A stretch of DNA of 64,000 nucleotides from Lingula anatina. Its lineage: Eukaryota > Animalia > Brachiopoda. Location: assembly GCA_051362555.1 (NCBI GenBank), contig CM120647.1, positions 16,592,651 through 16,656,650 of the forward strand, in the 5' to 3' direction. Position numbers and translations under genes: made by a program. Shown here piece by piece: positions 26,061-37,035 of this stretch. Each line of letters starts with the position of its first letter. The stretch's first letter is position 1. A model generated the notes under the pieces. That model worked only from the letters and a program-made list of their open reading frames with translations, had not been told where the DNA came from and ran no database searches.

Positions 26061-27975
26061 AGTGCTGTGGTTGTGGTAATAAAAGGCCACCGTAGAAGTG
26101 AGTATTTATTTCCATCTCTCTATATTGTTCAGATTGTTAGGCATTTTCCTGGTTTATATGCCTCCCTTTAAGCCTCTTGTTCTCCAGTCACTTTCTTTTT
26201 GTAGAATCTTGGCACTCTCCCAATCAATGTTTTTTTGTGATGGTTCATTGTAGCAGAAGGCTACCTTGGGCTGTAGTGTATTTTTCCCTCTTCGGGTACC
26301 CTTTCTTATTCCTTCCCGTGTTCTTTAACTCTAACGTTCAACTTTCTCTTTGTCTCTCCCATATAAATCCTTCACAAATTAAACACTTGATGGAATACTA
26401 GTACACTCCTCCCGCTGGACCTAGATTGTTCAGGCTTTACTTAAACTTGTCTTTGAGTAGAGTCGTTTAAATGCTGTTAGTGTTCCTTTTCCTTCGTTAA
26501 AACTAATTTGTGCAATACCCCATTGTGACATTAAGTCTGAAGGTCGCCAGTGGCATGTCAAAATATTTCGCTTGAATGTTTTTTCCAAGTTTGTGACAAA
26601 AGTGCTTTTTATATTTATTTCCCATCAAACTGCTGAAACTTTAAAAACACATTTCATATACAAATGGTTGACTTTTATTACATTTTGAAGTAATAATTTA
26701 AATTTGCAGGCTACCAAAAGTGGTGGATTCTAAAAATGAAGATTGCAACTACCAAACCTCCAGATGAAACACTTCTTCAGGATTGAGGGATCTTTATACA
26801 GATAACTTTGTAAGTTATTGGGGATCAACAACTTAAGAAAAGTGGTTCTGAATTTTTTAAGTATTATTATTGGTGTATTATGGCATTTCTTATTATTGAC
26901 AGTGATCAAAAACTACATCCTATGTAAACAAACAGTAGAATTAGAAGTAGCACAGACAGTCAACAATTTAATATGTAGGCTAACATTACAATATTCAATA
27001 TAGCAACATCTTTTCTTACTTTTTTGTCAAATGTTTGAAATAATTTATTTTTTGAAGACTGCTGTCTACTTACTCTAAAAAGTTAATATATATATTTCAA
27101 TAAAGGAAGCATATTTCACTGTACATTTGGAAATAACGCTCTGATCATTTTAAGAACCAAGCTTTTCATTAATGTTAACGGTGTGTAAATACCAGTGATA
27201 TACTTTCTTTGTTGCAGTTACTGCAAGCTTTCGATATAGCTTTTCATACTTTTGAGTAAAAGTTGGATTTCATTTGTAGGCTACGAATTGGGAGTTTTCC
27301 AATAATTACGCCTGCATGATGTCAGGTAACGTCGACCCAAGACCAAATGTCCAAGATGTTGAACACTGTACAGCGTTAGCAAGGAGCCCTGAGGACACTT
27401 TCATGGATGCTCGGACATCCCACGAGTTTTGGTGTTGAAGGACACGGCTTGTTCTGCAAACAAATATAAAGAATGTGGAATGGTAATGAAGGCAATATAC
27501 AGTACTGAATGTAGTGGGAATACAGTCTAATAATGTATCAGTCTTTTGGATGCTGAGAATATTTGGGGTTCATGGGTCACAAACATGTCAAGGTGAAATT
27601 GCATCAAATTTCATTTGTATTTTATGCCTTATGCAGTGAACCATTTTATTTCAATAACAGAAGAGAAAACTGAGGTTCAAGATAATTCTTCATTCCATAC
27701 AAGATCAATTGAATAAGATGTGTGCTTCTGTAGGAAAAGTCTACCTCTACTGTTGCTATAATTATTATATTAATAAATTTGAATATAGTTGCTTTATCCA
27801 CATTCTGAATGCAGATAATTTTTTGCTCACAAAAACATTCCCACCACTTGTGGTCGTCTGTGTTTTGTTTCAATCTGAGATGGTCATTTTTCAAATTTGT
27901 GCTTTTGATGATGTGGAGTTGTCAGTATGGCATTTGAAAAGGTCTTAACCTGCACACTAACCTTACTAACAAACC

Positions 27976-28340
27976 CTCACATCTTTGTAAAATCCGACTT
28001 CATGTAAACGCTTTTACATGAAGAGATTTTACATTGATAGATTGTGCAAAATCTGTAATGAAATATTTTACGTGTGAGAAAATATTTCATTATATTTTTT
28101 GTACAGTCTGCTCTTCTTGAGAGATGCTGTCATCTCTCAAGATAGAGTTCACATTACTAATATTCAGATTTTCTCAAGTGTTATACTTGACAAATACATC
28201 CACTTCATCACATATGCACCTTTTCTCCGGATCAAAAAAATTCAGATTGAAATTTACATGGGCGGTCATACAGTGTAATGTGAGATCCGAAATATTTTGA
28301 AGCAAGCTTGCTTTATTCTGTACTTGTATCATGCAGGTAG
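27976..28340. other. Cluster of consecutive long stem-loops
   Basis: Hairpins at 27986-28033, 28040-28108 (perfect 14-bp core 28056-28069/28079-28092), 28111-28147 (perfect 12 bp) and 28174-28190, plus longer-range pairing 28149-28157/28275-28283. Confidence 0.7.
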
Positions 28341-29696
28341 TTGCGATTTCAGTGCAAAGTTACATTTTAGAAACCTGGTATTTTAAGTCGAATTATATAT
28401 CAAAGTTTAGTTGAAATCATTGATATTCCCGAGTTATAATCATATTACTTGAATCTGTTTGCATTTTATCATAAAGAGAACTATAATCAAGTTTTGAAAG
28501 ATGCTTGCAGTTGTAAAATGATTAACTTTATTTATGGTTTTAATTCTCCAAGATAAAGTCAAAATGATTCTGTTTAATTGTTATGTCTCTTGTTAGTTTT
28601 TTATTGGCTTCAGTGCCTTTTTCTGTAAGAATTACTTTAATAAGTTTTTATGCTTCACCTCGTGTATAGTATATATAGAGAATAGTTAGTCAACACAAAG
28701 GTTATTCCGTCACACAATGCTGTCTAAAACGGGACGATTCTTGAACTGTACGCAGCGCCGTGCCAATAGAAACCGATTTCGTCATGTTATAAGGACCGAA
28801 TTATCCGGGCGTGGGCACTTTCCCGGCATTCCCCACGAAGGGTTTAGACGGGTTTTCCCCACGGCCCGAGAGCATCTGGTACCAGTTTCCGACCACAAGA
28901 CCTGCATTATCGGACTGTGTGCGTTCCGACGCTAGATAAAGACGATGGAAAATCTTGGAACTTTTGATAATACTGCTATGTATGAATTCATTGCGTTTAC
29001 GTAGTTCATTACTGATTATTAGTCCTTTTTAAATCAACTGTAAATATTCAAAATTGTACATAATAGTTGAATAAAAAATATTCTATAATTTTCTTTCTTT
29101 CTTTTTTTTTTTTTTTTTTTTTTTTTGTAAAAAAAGTGGTCGTGTACAGATCGCTAAAAAAAGCGAGACTTGCAAATAAATTTAAATGGACTCGCATGTA
29201 TGCTCGTTTAATCATTAGTAGAAATTCTCCTCTTTCGCCTCTCACTTAAACTTTTACAATCTCGTCACTATTTCTGTCACTCTAATTTCTTCCATAAAAC
29301 TAGCCGATGTCCAGGTAATGAGTTGAATTTTGGTTTTTGGATACAAAGTTGTGGTGCTGCGTTACTTTGCTCTCCCGGGCCCCGTAACTCGAAAGCAGCG
29401 CGCATTGCGACCGAGCGCAAGCGTCTCGATTCCATTACTTGCCCATGCTCGCCCCATGTAATACACTGTAGCCTCTATGTGATATCGCCGTTCGCAATAC
29501 GCGATGCTTTTAAGTTACGGAGCCCCAGGAATAACTCGAGCCGTTACCTAGACTTTCCTGAGTCAAATTAGAGAAGTAACTATCTTACTTAAATAAATCC
29601 CACTGTAGATTTAAGAACCCAACACCTCTTAATGTTAACGAAGGGGTACATTGTGTATAAATGTATATGTTCTTGACTATAACACAAGTAAAACGA

Positions 29697-30320
29697 GAAA
29701 AAAACTAGTTTTTCCCATTCCTGTGCCATTGTTATCCTTATCTACTGGCACTATTTTTTTTTTTTTTTTTTTTTTTCTGTGGGAATTGAGGCCCAATTTT
29801 TTATATAAATGCATATAGCAAGCAAAACTAGACAAAACCAAGATTTTTTCCATCCTTGTGCCATTATTGTCCTTATCTACTGGCACTATTTTATATTTTC
29901 TGAGGGAATTAAGGCCCAATTTTTTTATTCTTAAGAACACCTCACTCCCATCCCTGTAGCATAATACTTGCCGATTGCATTTATTTTGAGAATCAGATTT
30001 TATATAAATGTATAATGCAAGCAAAACTAGACAAAACCAAGAATTTTCCCATTTCTGTGCCATCACCGGTGACATGTACCAGAAAGTCCCCCATGACAGA
30101 GAGTCCGCTTCCCATTCATTTGTACAAGTGAGCCTCGCCCTAGATTTTGACCTACTTAGGTCAAACTAACCCTAACTATATGGAGGACGGACTTTCTGTC
30201 ACACGGACCCTCAGTTTCATGGCACCGGCCTTATCTACTGGTACTCCTTCATATTTGCTGTGGGAATTGCGGCCCAAAATTTTTATTTTTAAGACCCCCC
30301 CCCCCATTCCCGTAGCAAAT
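29697..30320. repeat. Three diverged tandem copies of a ~140-200-bp unit; third copy interrupted by a MITE
   Basis: Repeated CCCATT(C/T)CTGTGCCAT...CCTTATCTACTGG...GGGAATT..GGCCCAA blocks. Confidence 0.7.
30066..30228. mobile_element. MITE (CCGGTGACATG...CATGGCACCGG) with internal inverted repeats
   Basis: Imperfect TIRs; internal IR TGACAGAGAGTCCG / CGGACTTTCTGTCA; interrupts a tandem-repeat unit exactly where the other copies are continuous. Confidence 0.7.
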
Positions 30321-31180
30321 GACAAAATTTAGTTATTACAAATATGCATTCATTTATCATAAATATGTGTGGTAATATTTTAATAATGTTAAGCGAAGAT
30401 TAGAGGCAAATGACGAATATTAAATATGTTACAAATATACTAACAATTATTACTGATTTGTGCTAGTGAAATTGTGATGCTGCAAAATAAAATTTGCAGC
30501 TTTGCTGAGCAGGTGCAACACTTGATAATACTTCCTTTCCGTTTAAGATTTAAGCAAGCCTGTATTTAATATGTATCGTGGTTTTGGAACACTGCCATTA
30601 TATTATAACTGAAGATGTTCTCAGGAGTTGCCATACCATTAACACAATTCAATTCTCTTATAGATTGTTTCATGGTTGACTTAAATGTTTTAAGGTTGAA
30701 AGTAATAATTAATACAGATTCGGTAAATGGTGATTGTAATATTGTTTGTGAGTTCCTGTTTTCATAGTTACTGGTAATTCACACTTAAATTGTAGAAGGA
30801 AGATTGTCACGGGACCCATATCTTAGTCTGGTGTTTTTTTTTTTAATCATTTTCTTTTAACTTTTGTTAAAATAATAACAACTTGTATAACATCACAATA
30901 ACACACTGGCATCTTTGAAAATATGCATTGGGTGTATATCTAAGGATTATTCATGACTTAAACTATTTATATTTTACGAGAATTAATTGATGATTTAAAC
31001 ACTTATCATAAGCAGCTGAGATAAAATAGATGGAAAATGCAAAAGCTGATGAATGATAAGTATTAAAATGAAAAAATATTTTTTGGATCCCTTTTCACTG
31101 ATTTAAACTTATTCAACCATTTTGAAGACTAGCAGTTCCTACGTGTGTTAATAAAGGGAATCGGAGAAGACTGATTGTGC

Positions 31181-31300
31181 CCGGAAGTGACGTGTAGTGG
31201 TGTTAGAAGCGAAGCTGAGTGGTCATTTTAACCTGGAGGTGAACGGGAGAGAAGACGTGTAGTCGGAGGAAAAAGAAGTTTTCTAAACAACCTGGTAAGA
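31181..31300 (+). promoter_or_regulatory. Housekeeping-type promoter with a non-coding first exon and splice donor
   Basis: ETS/GABP-CRE composite CCGGAAGTGACGT at 31181-31193, CpG-richer context, donor CTG|GTAAGA at 31294/31295. Confidence 0.5.
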
Positions 31301-33001
31301 TAACTCTCTTTTTTTACGCATTTTGGGCAGAGAATACTTGTAGAAATAAAAGATGCATGATATGAAAACGTGACACGGAACTTGAAGGTGCAAAATCGTG
31401 CTTAATTTGCGGTCAACTTGTTTTGAAATAAATGCTGCATTGACCGCCAGCGCGACAAAGAGCGTTGAGGGAAAATAATTCCCGGGAGTCTATAAATCGT
31501 TGTCATGCGGAAATTTGGCATTAATTAGTCTATCGCATTAATTAGTCTATCGCTCCAATCTTAGATTGTCGACTGGGGGCGTTGCTGTCGCCACCATCCT
31601 GTCAGTTTGGACGCGGGGGTGTCGTGTGAGAGTGAGACACATATTTCATTATTTGTATTGTATATACACCTACGTTTGAAATACATTCAGCGTTTTCATA
31701 ATTTAACTTTTTTGTTTAAAAAGAAAAAAATCACACAATTACTTCGGAGGGAAGAATCAATGTTAGGCTATAATAGTTTTTGAAGGGAAACCACGCATGC
31801 CTCTCCCCTAATTGTGATTGACAGTGTCCTTGCATCTTGTTGACATGATATCAACTTGAAGTTTACTAACCTGCCCCAGGCCGCCATTGAACGACCTTGT
31901 CCGCGTACACTGGAACACTTATCCACAATATACACTGATCCACAATGCACTTTGAAGAAACTTTCATTTCATATCTTGTTTCACAGATGATGACAATAAA
32001 GATAAAGTGATAATACATTTTTGCTATTAATATTTATGTGGAGTTCTCCAGTTTTTTTTGGTTGCTTTGATTTTGCAAGGAGAAAGGATAACGAAAAGAT
32101 AATATGCTTGGTGTGATTTTTAAATTAAAATGTTTTAGTTACTATTTATAATTGCTTAAATATTTTAACATTTCTTTGATTTGCTTGAAAGAAGATGGCA
32201 TGCAGCGACCCATAGTTCCCCTATTCACAGTTCAGAACTGGCATGGTTTAAAAAAACTTTCGCGTGTGTGTTTGTGTGTGTGCGGGGGGGGGGGGGGGGG
32301 GGGGGGGGGGGAAGTAGGGAGGTAGGATGCCTCACATTTACCAAGAAGTTATATAGAGTCTCATTATAACTTCTTGCATTTACCAACATCAAGTGGTGAG
32401 AGTATTAGCGAGGCAGAAAGTGTTTCAGACAGCACATCTGATTAATTATCTATTGTTTATTATAAATTTTTTATTCTCATATTTATATATTTTGTATAAA
32501 ATAACTCTTGCATTGCTTTCTATACAAGGTCTTTATCACATACATTATCAGATATGAAGTACTTTTTAGGTGATTTATTTTCATTGTCATACAGGTTATT
32601 GGCCATTACCGTTATTATGTGTACTATATTTTCATTTAGTTTTTACTTTTACCTTATCATTATTTTGGTACAATTTATACCTTGTTTATTATATGGTTAA
32701 TGGAAACATTCCAAATAGGTGTTTAGAGTGCTTTAACACATGATTTTTTTGTGTTACTGTAACAGCCTTTTGCTTTTAGCATTTTTTACTGTTCTATAGG
32801 GCTTTGTACAAAATGTGTATTGGTTAACAATATAATTATTTAGACCAACAAATGCTGGTCTGTGAGAAAAGTTATATAAAATTAATAAATACGCTGATAC
32901 AAGTTTTTCTAGTTACAAGACTTTTATACAGTTAAGTGAAATCAGTGATGGTTTCTGTGAGAAAATATTGTAATACACCACCCCTCCCTCTCTTCTCTAG
33001 G

Positions 33002-33033
<32 letters not shown>

Positions 33034-33374
33034 CAATTACTTTCCCATTTACTTGTGCCACATCGCAATTATTTAACATATAACTCTTATTTTCACCACA
33101 AGACAAGTTTCATTAGAAAAAATTATTTATGCAATATATATGCTGTAATAACTTGCTCTGATTCATATTAGACTGCATACAACAGGTAAATCTGGTTACT
33201 TCCACCCCCACATATTACTCATTAAAAATACGATGCCTCAAACGATGCCTCAAACCAAATAATATTTTTTCACACAACAAATATATGCATAAACTTTAAA
33301 ATAGCAAATTATTTAAAAAATTTGACAATGGGCACTTTGCCAATGGTTATCTGCACTCATTCTTAAATTTTTCA

Positions 33375-35067
33375 CATATCGACATTTTCATGGTGTGACT
33401 TTGAACTTCCATGGGTTTGAAGACCTTTGCTAGTCTGAATATCCATGATCAACGTCATCACAAACGTTATGATAAAAAGCAAACTGTGTTACTTATTATT
33501 TTTTTTAGCTTAAAAGAATGATTCTTAGGATTGACATACAGCTCAAATAAGAAAACCAGCTCTATTGGATTATCATTTGTTATTGAATTAACGCAACTTT
33601 TTGTGAAATTCTCATTTTTCTCATTCTGGCATTTTCTAAGTATGAACTTGAACTCTCATGGGCCTGCTTTTACTTTCATCGGTATTACCTGTTTTGCATA
33701 ATTTAAATTTGATGTTGACTTTGCAGTTAAGCGTAATATATTATTGCATCAGAATTGACAGCATCCTATTTTGTGCATTATTACTTTGTGCTTTTCTTAA
33801 GATGTGACTTATGGGCCTGAAAGACCTTTGAGAGGGTCAGTCTGTAAATTTCCCTTGGGTATCACTAAGCTAAGTTCAGAGTTATAAAGTCATTTGCCTA
33901 ATTAATAGGTTATTAAATGAGATTACATAAAGCACAGTTGTTGATATTTCCCTGTAAACTCCCAAAGATTAAGCCAGTCTGCTAGATTAATAATAAGGAA
34001 GCAGTGATAATTATGCAGGTAAATTTTGCAATATCTCCGGGTCCACTCCTGTTATTGACCATGTTACCTGTTGTGCATGATTAAAATTCAGTGTTGACTG
34101 ACAGTGCTATTATAAGCATTATTTATTATTGCATCAAAATTGACAAAATGACCTATTTTGCATTTTTATTTTCTGTTTTTTGTCTGTACATTTGACAGCT
34201 TTGTTGCCTTGTTGTATATAATTGTTATTTCTTCAGATTTAATTCTTAGGCATGTTAACAGTCTCATTATGGAACTAATAAGATATGTAAAAGTGTTGTT
34301 TTGACATTTTCTGCTTCTTAACAATATTGTTGATTATATAAAAAAGACGGTAAACCTGTTATAATATTGTGCATTGTGTAATAAAGTATCATAAATGGAA
34401 AGGAACTCATCATTGCAGTTTGTCAGATTTAATCATTCACTATGTTCAGCATCTGCAAGTGGAGCAAATTGGACATTGAAAATTGTTCTATTGATATTTT
34501 TCCTATGTCAACAATTTTCCTAGTTGAACATTTAAAAATGACAGTTTATTGATCATTTTGTTTTAAAAAAGGTGTTGAAAATGGAAAGAAAATCATTTCA
34601 GTACAGTTATCTCTTGTTTACATTTTGGCATTTTGAAAGTGTGACTCTGAACTTCCATGGCCTTGAAGACCTTCCCAAATCACATTTTCTGAATATTCAT
34701 GATACTTTTATTTTTTTATAAAAAATTTGATGGTCATTATGCTGTTAAGTATTATGTTTTATTGCATGAAAGTTGAAGAAAACCTATTTTGGACACTGCT
34801 GCCAGGATAGCGATTAAGGGAAAACCATGTTACTTACGATACTGAAACTTACTGAAAAGTTTCATAAGACAGAAGTGCAGCTTGTGTTTGTAAACCAGTG
34901 TGATTGTTTTCTGTTTTGGAGGCAATGCAGGTTTATAGAGTGCTATACTGGCATTTTCAAGTTGTGACTTATCACTCCCATCTGCCAGGAGCCCTGTACT
35001 CTTACTTTGTAACATTTTCTGTATTTTGTTAAGTTACAAGAATGATTCTTAGGATTGACATACAGCC

Positions 35068-35102
<35 letters not shown>

Positions 35103-35685
35103 TATATATATATATAGATATATATATATAGATATAGATAGATATAGATATATATATATATAGATAGATAGATAGATAGATATTTTTTTTAATGAGTTTA
35201 AGCAATTTTTTTTTGTGTGTAATTTTCACTGTACCTCATTCTGGCATTTCCAAAGTTTAACTCTTATCAGCCTGACACCTTAGGGACTATTTCCAGACCC
35301 TATCACGCTAACTGTGGATCGATCTATCTCCATGGGAATTCTCGCTAAATTGCAATCAATGTAAGTGGCTTAGTTGTCTGTCACGCCTACTGAAACTGGC
35401 ATGCCAGAATCCTAAGACTCTCAAACTGAAAGCAATTTAGTGAGAAACCCCTTGGAGTTGGATTGATCCTGTTAGATTGATCTAGGTATGGGAACTTAGT
35501 CTAATGCTTGATACACATTTTACTTTCATCCTAATCCAATGTTATGCAGAATAAGAATTTGATGTTGGCTATGCAGTTACAGTAAGCATAATACATTAGT
35601 TCATCAGAATTGACAGTATCCTATTTCCTGCGTTTTTATTTTCTGGTTTTTGTCTGTACATTTGACAGCTTTGCTGCCTTGTTTT
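33375..35685 (+). mobile_element. Helentron/HINE family A fragments (3' termini at ~34213 and 35685, no 5' terminus seen)
   Basis: Homologous to 10.0-13.4 kb and 55.0-56.3 kb; TGTCTGTACAT + hairpin 3' signature; contains an AT/AGAT microsatellite (35083-35181) and a nested MITE. Confidence 0.7.
35281..35503. mobile_element. Palindromic MITE family B (related copies at ~41409-41610 and ~43728-43955)
   Basis: Long imperfect inverted repeats, e.g. TTCTCGCTAAATTGC / GCAATTTAGTGAGAA, shared among the three copies. Confidence 0.55.
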
Positions 35686-35912
35686 AAGATAAAGGATAAT
35701 CCAAGTTATGCAGTCTACTGTATTTTCAAAAATATCCATGGAGAAGAGCTAAAACTTGTCAATTCCTTTCTCTACACTCTAACCTGCAAGCTGATATTCG
35801 ATGCTATAACTATTAGTCATATAACTGTTAATATCTCTGCATGAGAAACAACTGAAGGCAAGAAAAGGTACCAACTGAAAGTTTGTGTAAATGTCTCTTT
35901 CATCAAGACTTA

Positions 35913-36976
35913 TCAATCCTCTTGAAAATTGATAGCTCTTTTCACAGTACTATTTTTAACTGCTTTAGTCCTTTTGCCACTGTCCTGTATTGCTGAGTGC
36001 TGCTCTCTAGTGGCAGGTACCCTCAGCTGGACGTGATCACCTTTCCCATGATGCAACACTCTTGACAGTGCCCTTATTACATCTGGCGTGCATCGCGAAG
36101 GCTCAATTTTCAGAAATAGTGGAAGAGAGATGCGATAACTGCACAGCATAATGGTGACGATCAATAGAAACAGGATGAGAACCAGCATCACTACGGGCTG
36201 CCATTGGACTGGAATCTCAGTGAGCAGAAGACGAAAGCATCGCCCCAGACCACTGCAGAGGATCTCCAGGGGTTTTGTTATACACTTGGTGAAAGCAGAT
36301 GACAGGACCTGTAATGAACAGTATAGTAACAATGTGTTCATTTTGACAAAAGAGAGATATTCAAATGGGAGGGGGGGGGGGAGGGGGTTAAATGTCTCTG
36401 ATTCATAAAGAGGGCTAAAATAAACAAGTAAGGGCCTAAATATTAAAGGAGGATATATAAGTTGGTAACTCCTAGCAATCTGCTGCCTGCACTCATGAAC
36501 AGCATCTTTCTTTGAAAAGTGCAAAAGTTGTCTCCATTTATATCAAAATTGCCTATTAAAAAAGAAGGGCTTAGTCAGGATTTTGAAATAGGAGTCAACA
36601 ACCATATCCATACTAAGACAGGTCATTTAGATTCCATCTGCATTAAAAAGTGAAATGTGGAGTCTACAAGACAGCTGCCTGGCTAATGCCTTTTTGTGAG
36701 GGCATAAATAAACTAGGAGGGCGTAAATACTCACCACAGCAGGTGTCACCTCCCAGAGAGGGTCCACCATGACAGCATAATGGTATTTAGCACATGGACT
36801 GTGATCCCAGGAGAAAGCCCAGTGGAACCATGCCTTCAGGGAAGGGAGAAGACCTAGAGACTCCGGGAGACATTCCTTGGGAGTGCCCTGGAATGAAAAA
36901 AAAAAATGATAATAATAAAAAGAAATCTCTGTAGTAGGGTATCAATTTTATAAGAGGAATGGAAAATGAATAAGGG

Positions 36977-37035
<59 letters not shown>

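Larger units (their letters stand above)
21497..27780 (+). ncRNA. Putative multi-exon, tandem-repeat-built long non-coding RNA
   Basis: Inferred exons: first exon to donor 21895; nine 52-nt exons (21976, 22108, 22239, 22371, 22503, 22636, 22768, 22902, 23034); then 23166-23484, 23553-24156, 24567-24750, 24978-25123, 25424-26097, 26710-26809 and 27280 to ~27780 (AATAAA at 27772). The 52-nt exon has stops in all three frames and no long spliced ORF can be built. Transcription is inferred, not shown. Confidence 0.5.

Noticed and set aside
23158-26171. ORF-track proteins from the 52-bp and 70-bp repeats
   Set aside because: Frame-cycling translations of repeats whose length is not a multiple of 3; no recognisable domain, and stops recur or occur in flanking exons.
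27955-27980. Telomerase RNA template (CTAACCTTACTAAC)
   Set aside because: It does not match a 1.5-repeat template such as CTAACCCTAAC, and no pseudoknot or H/ACA signature was recognised.
19388-28234. Terminal inverted repeats bounding the lncRNA locus (TGATCGGAGA..GGTGCAT vs ATGCACC..TCTCCGGATCA)
   Set aside because: The match is short and gapped, does not extend outward, and has no TSD.
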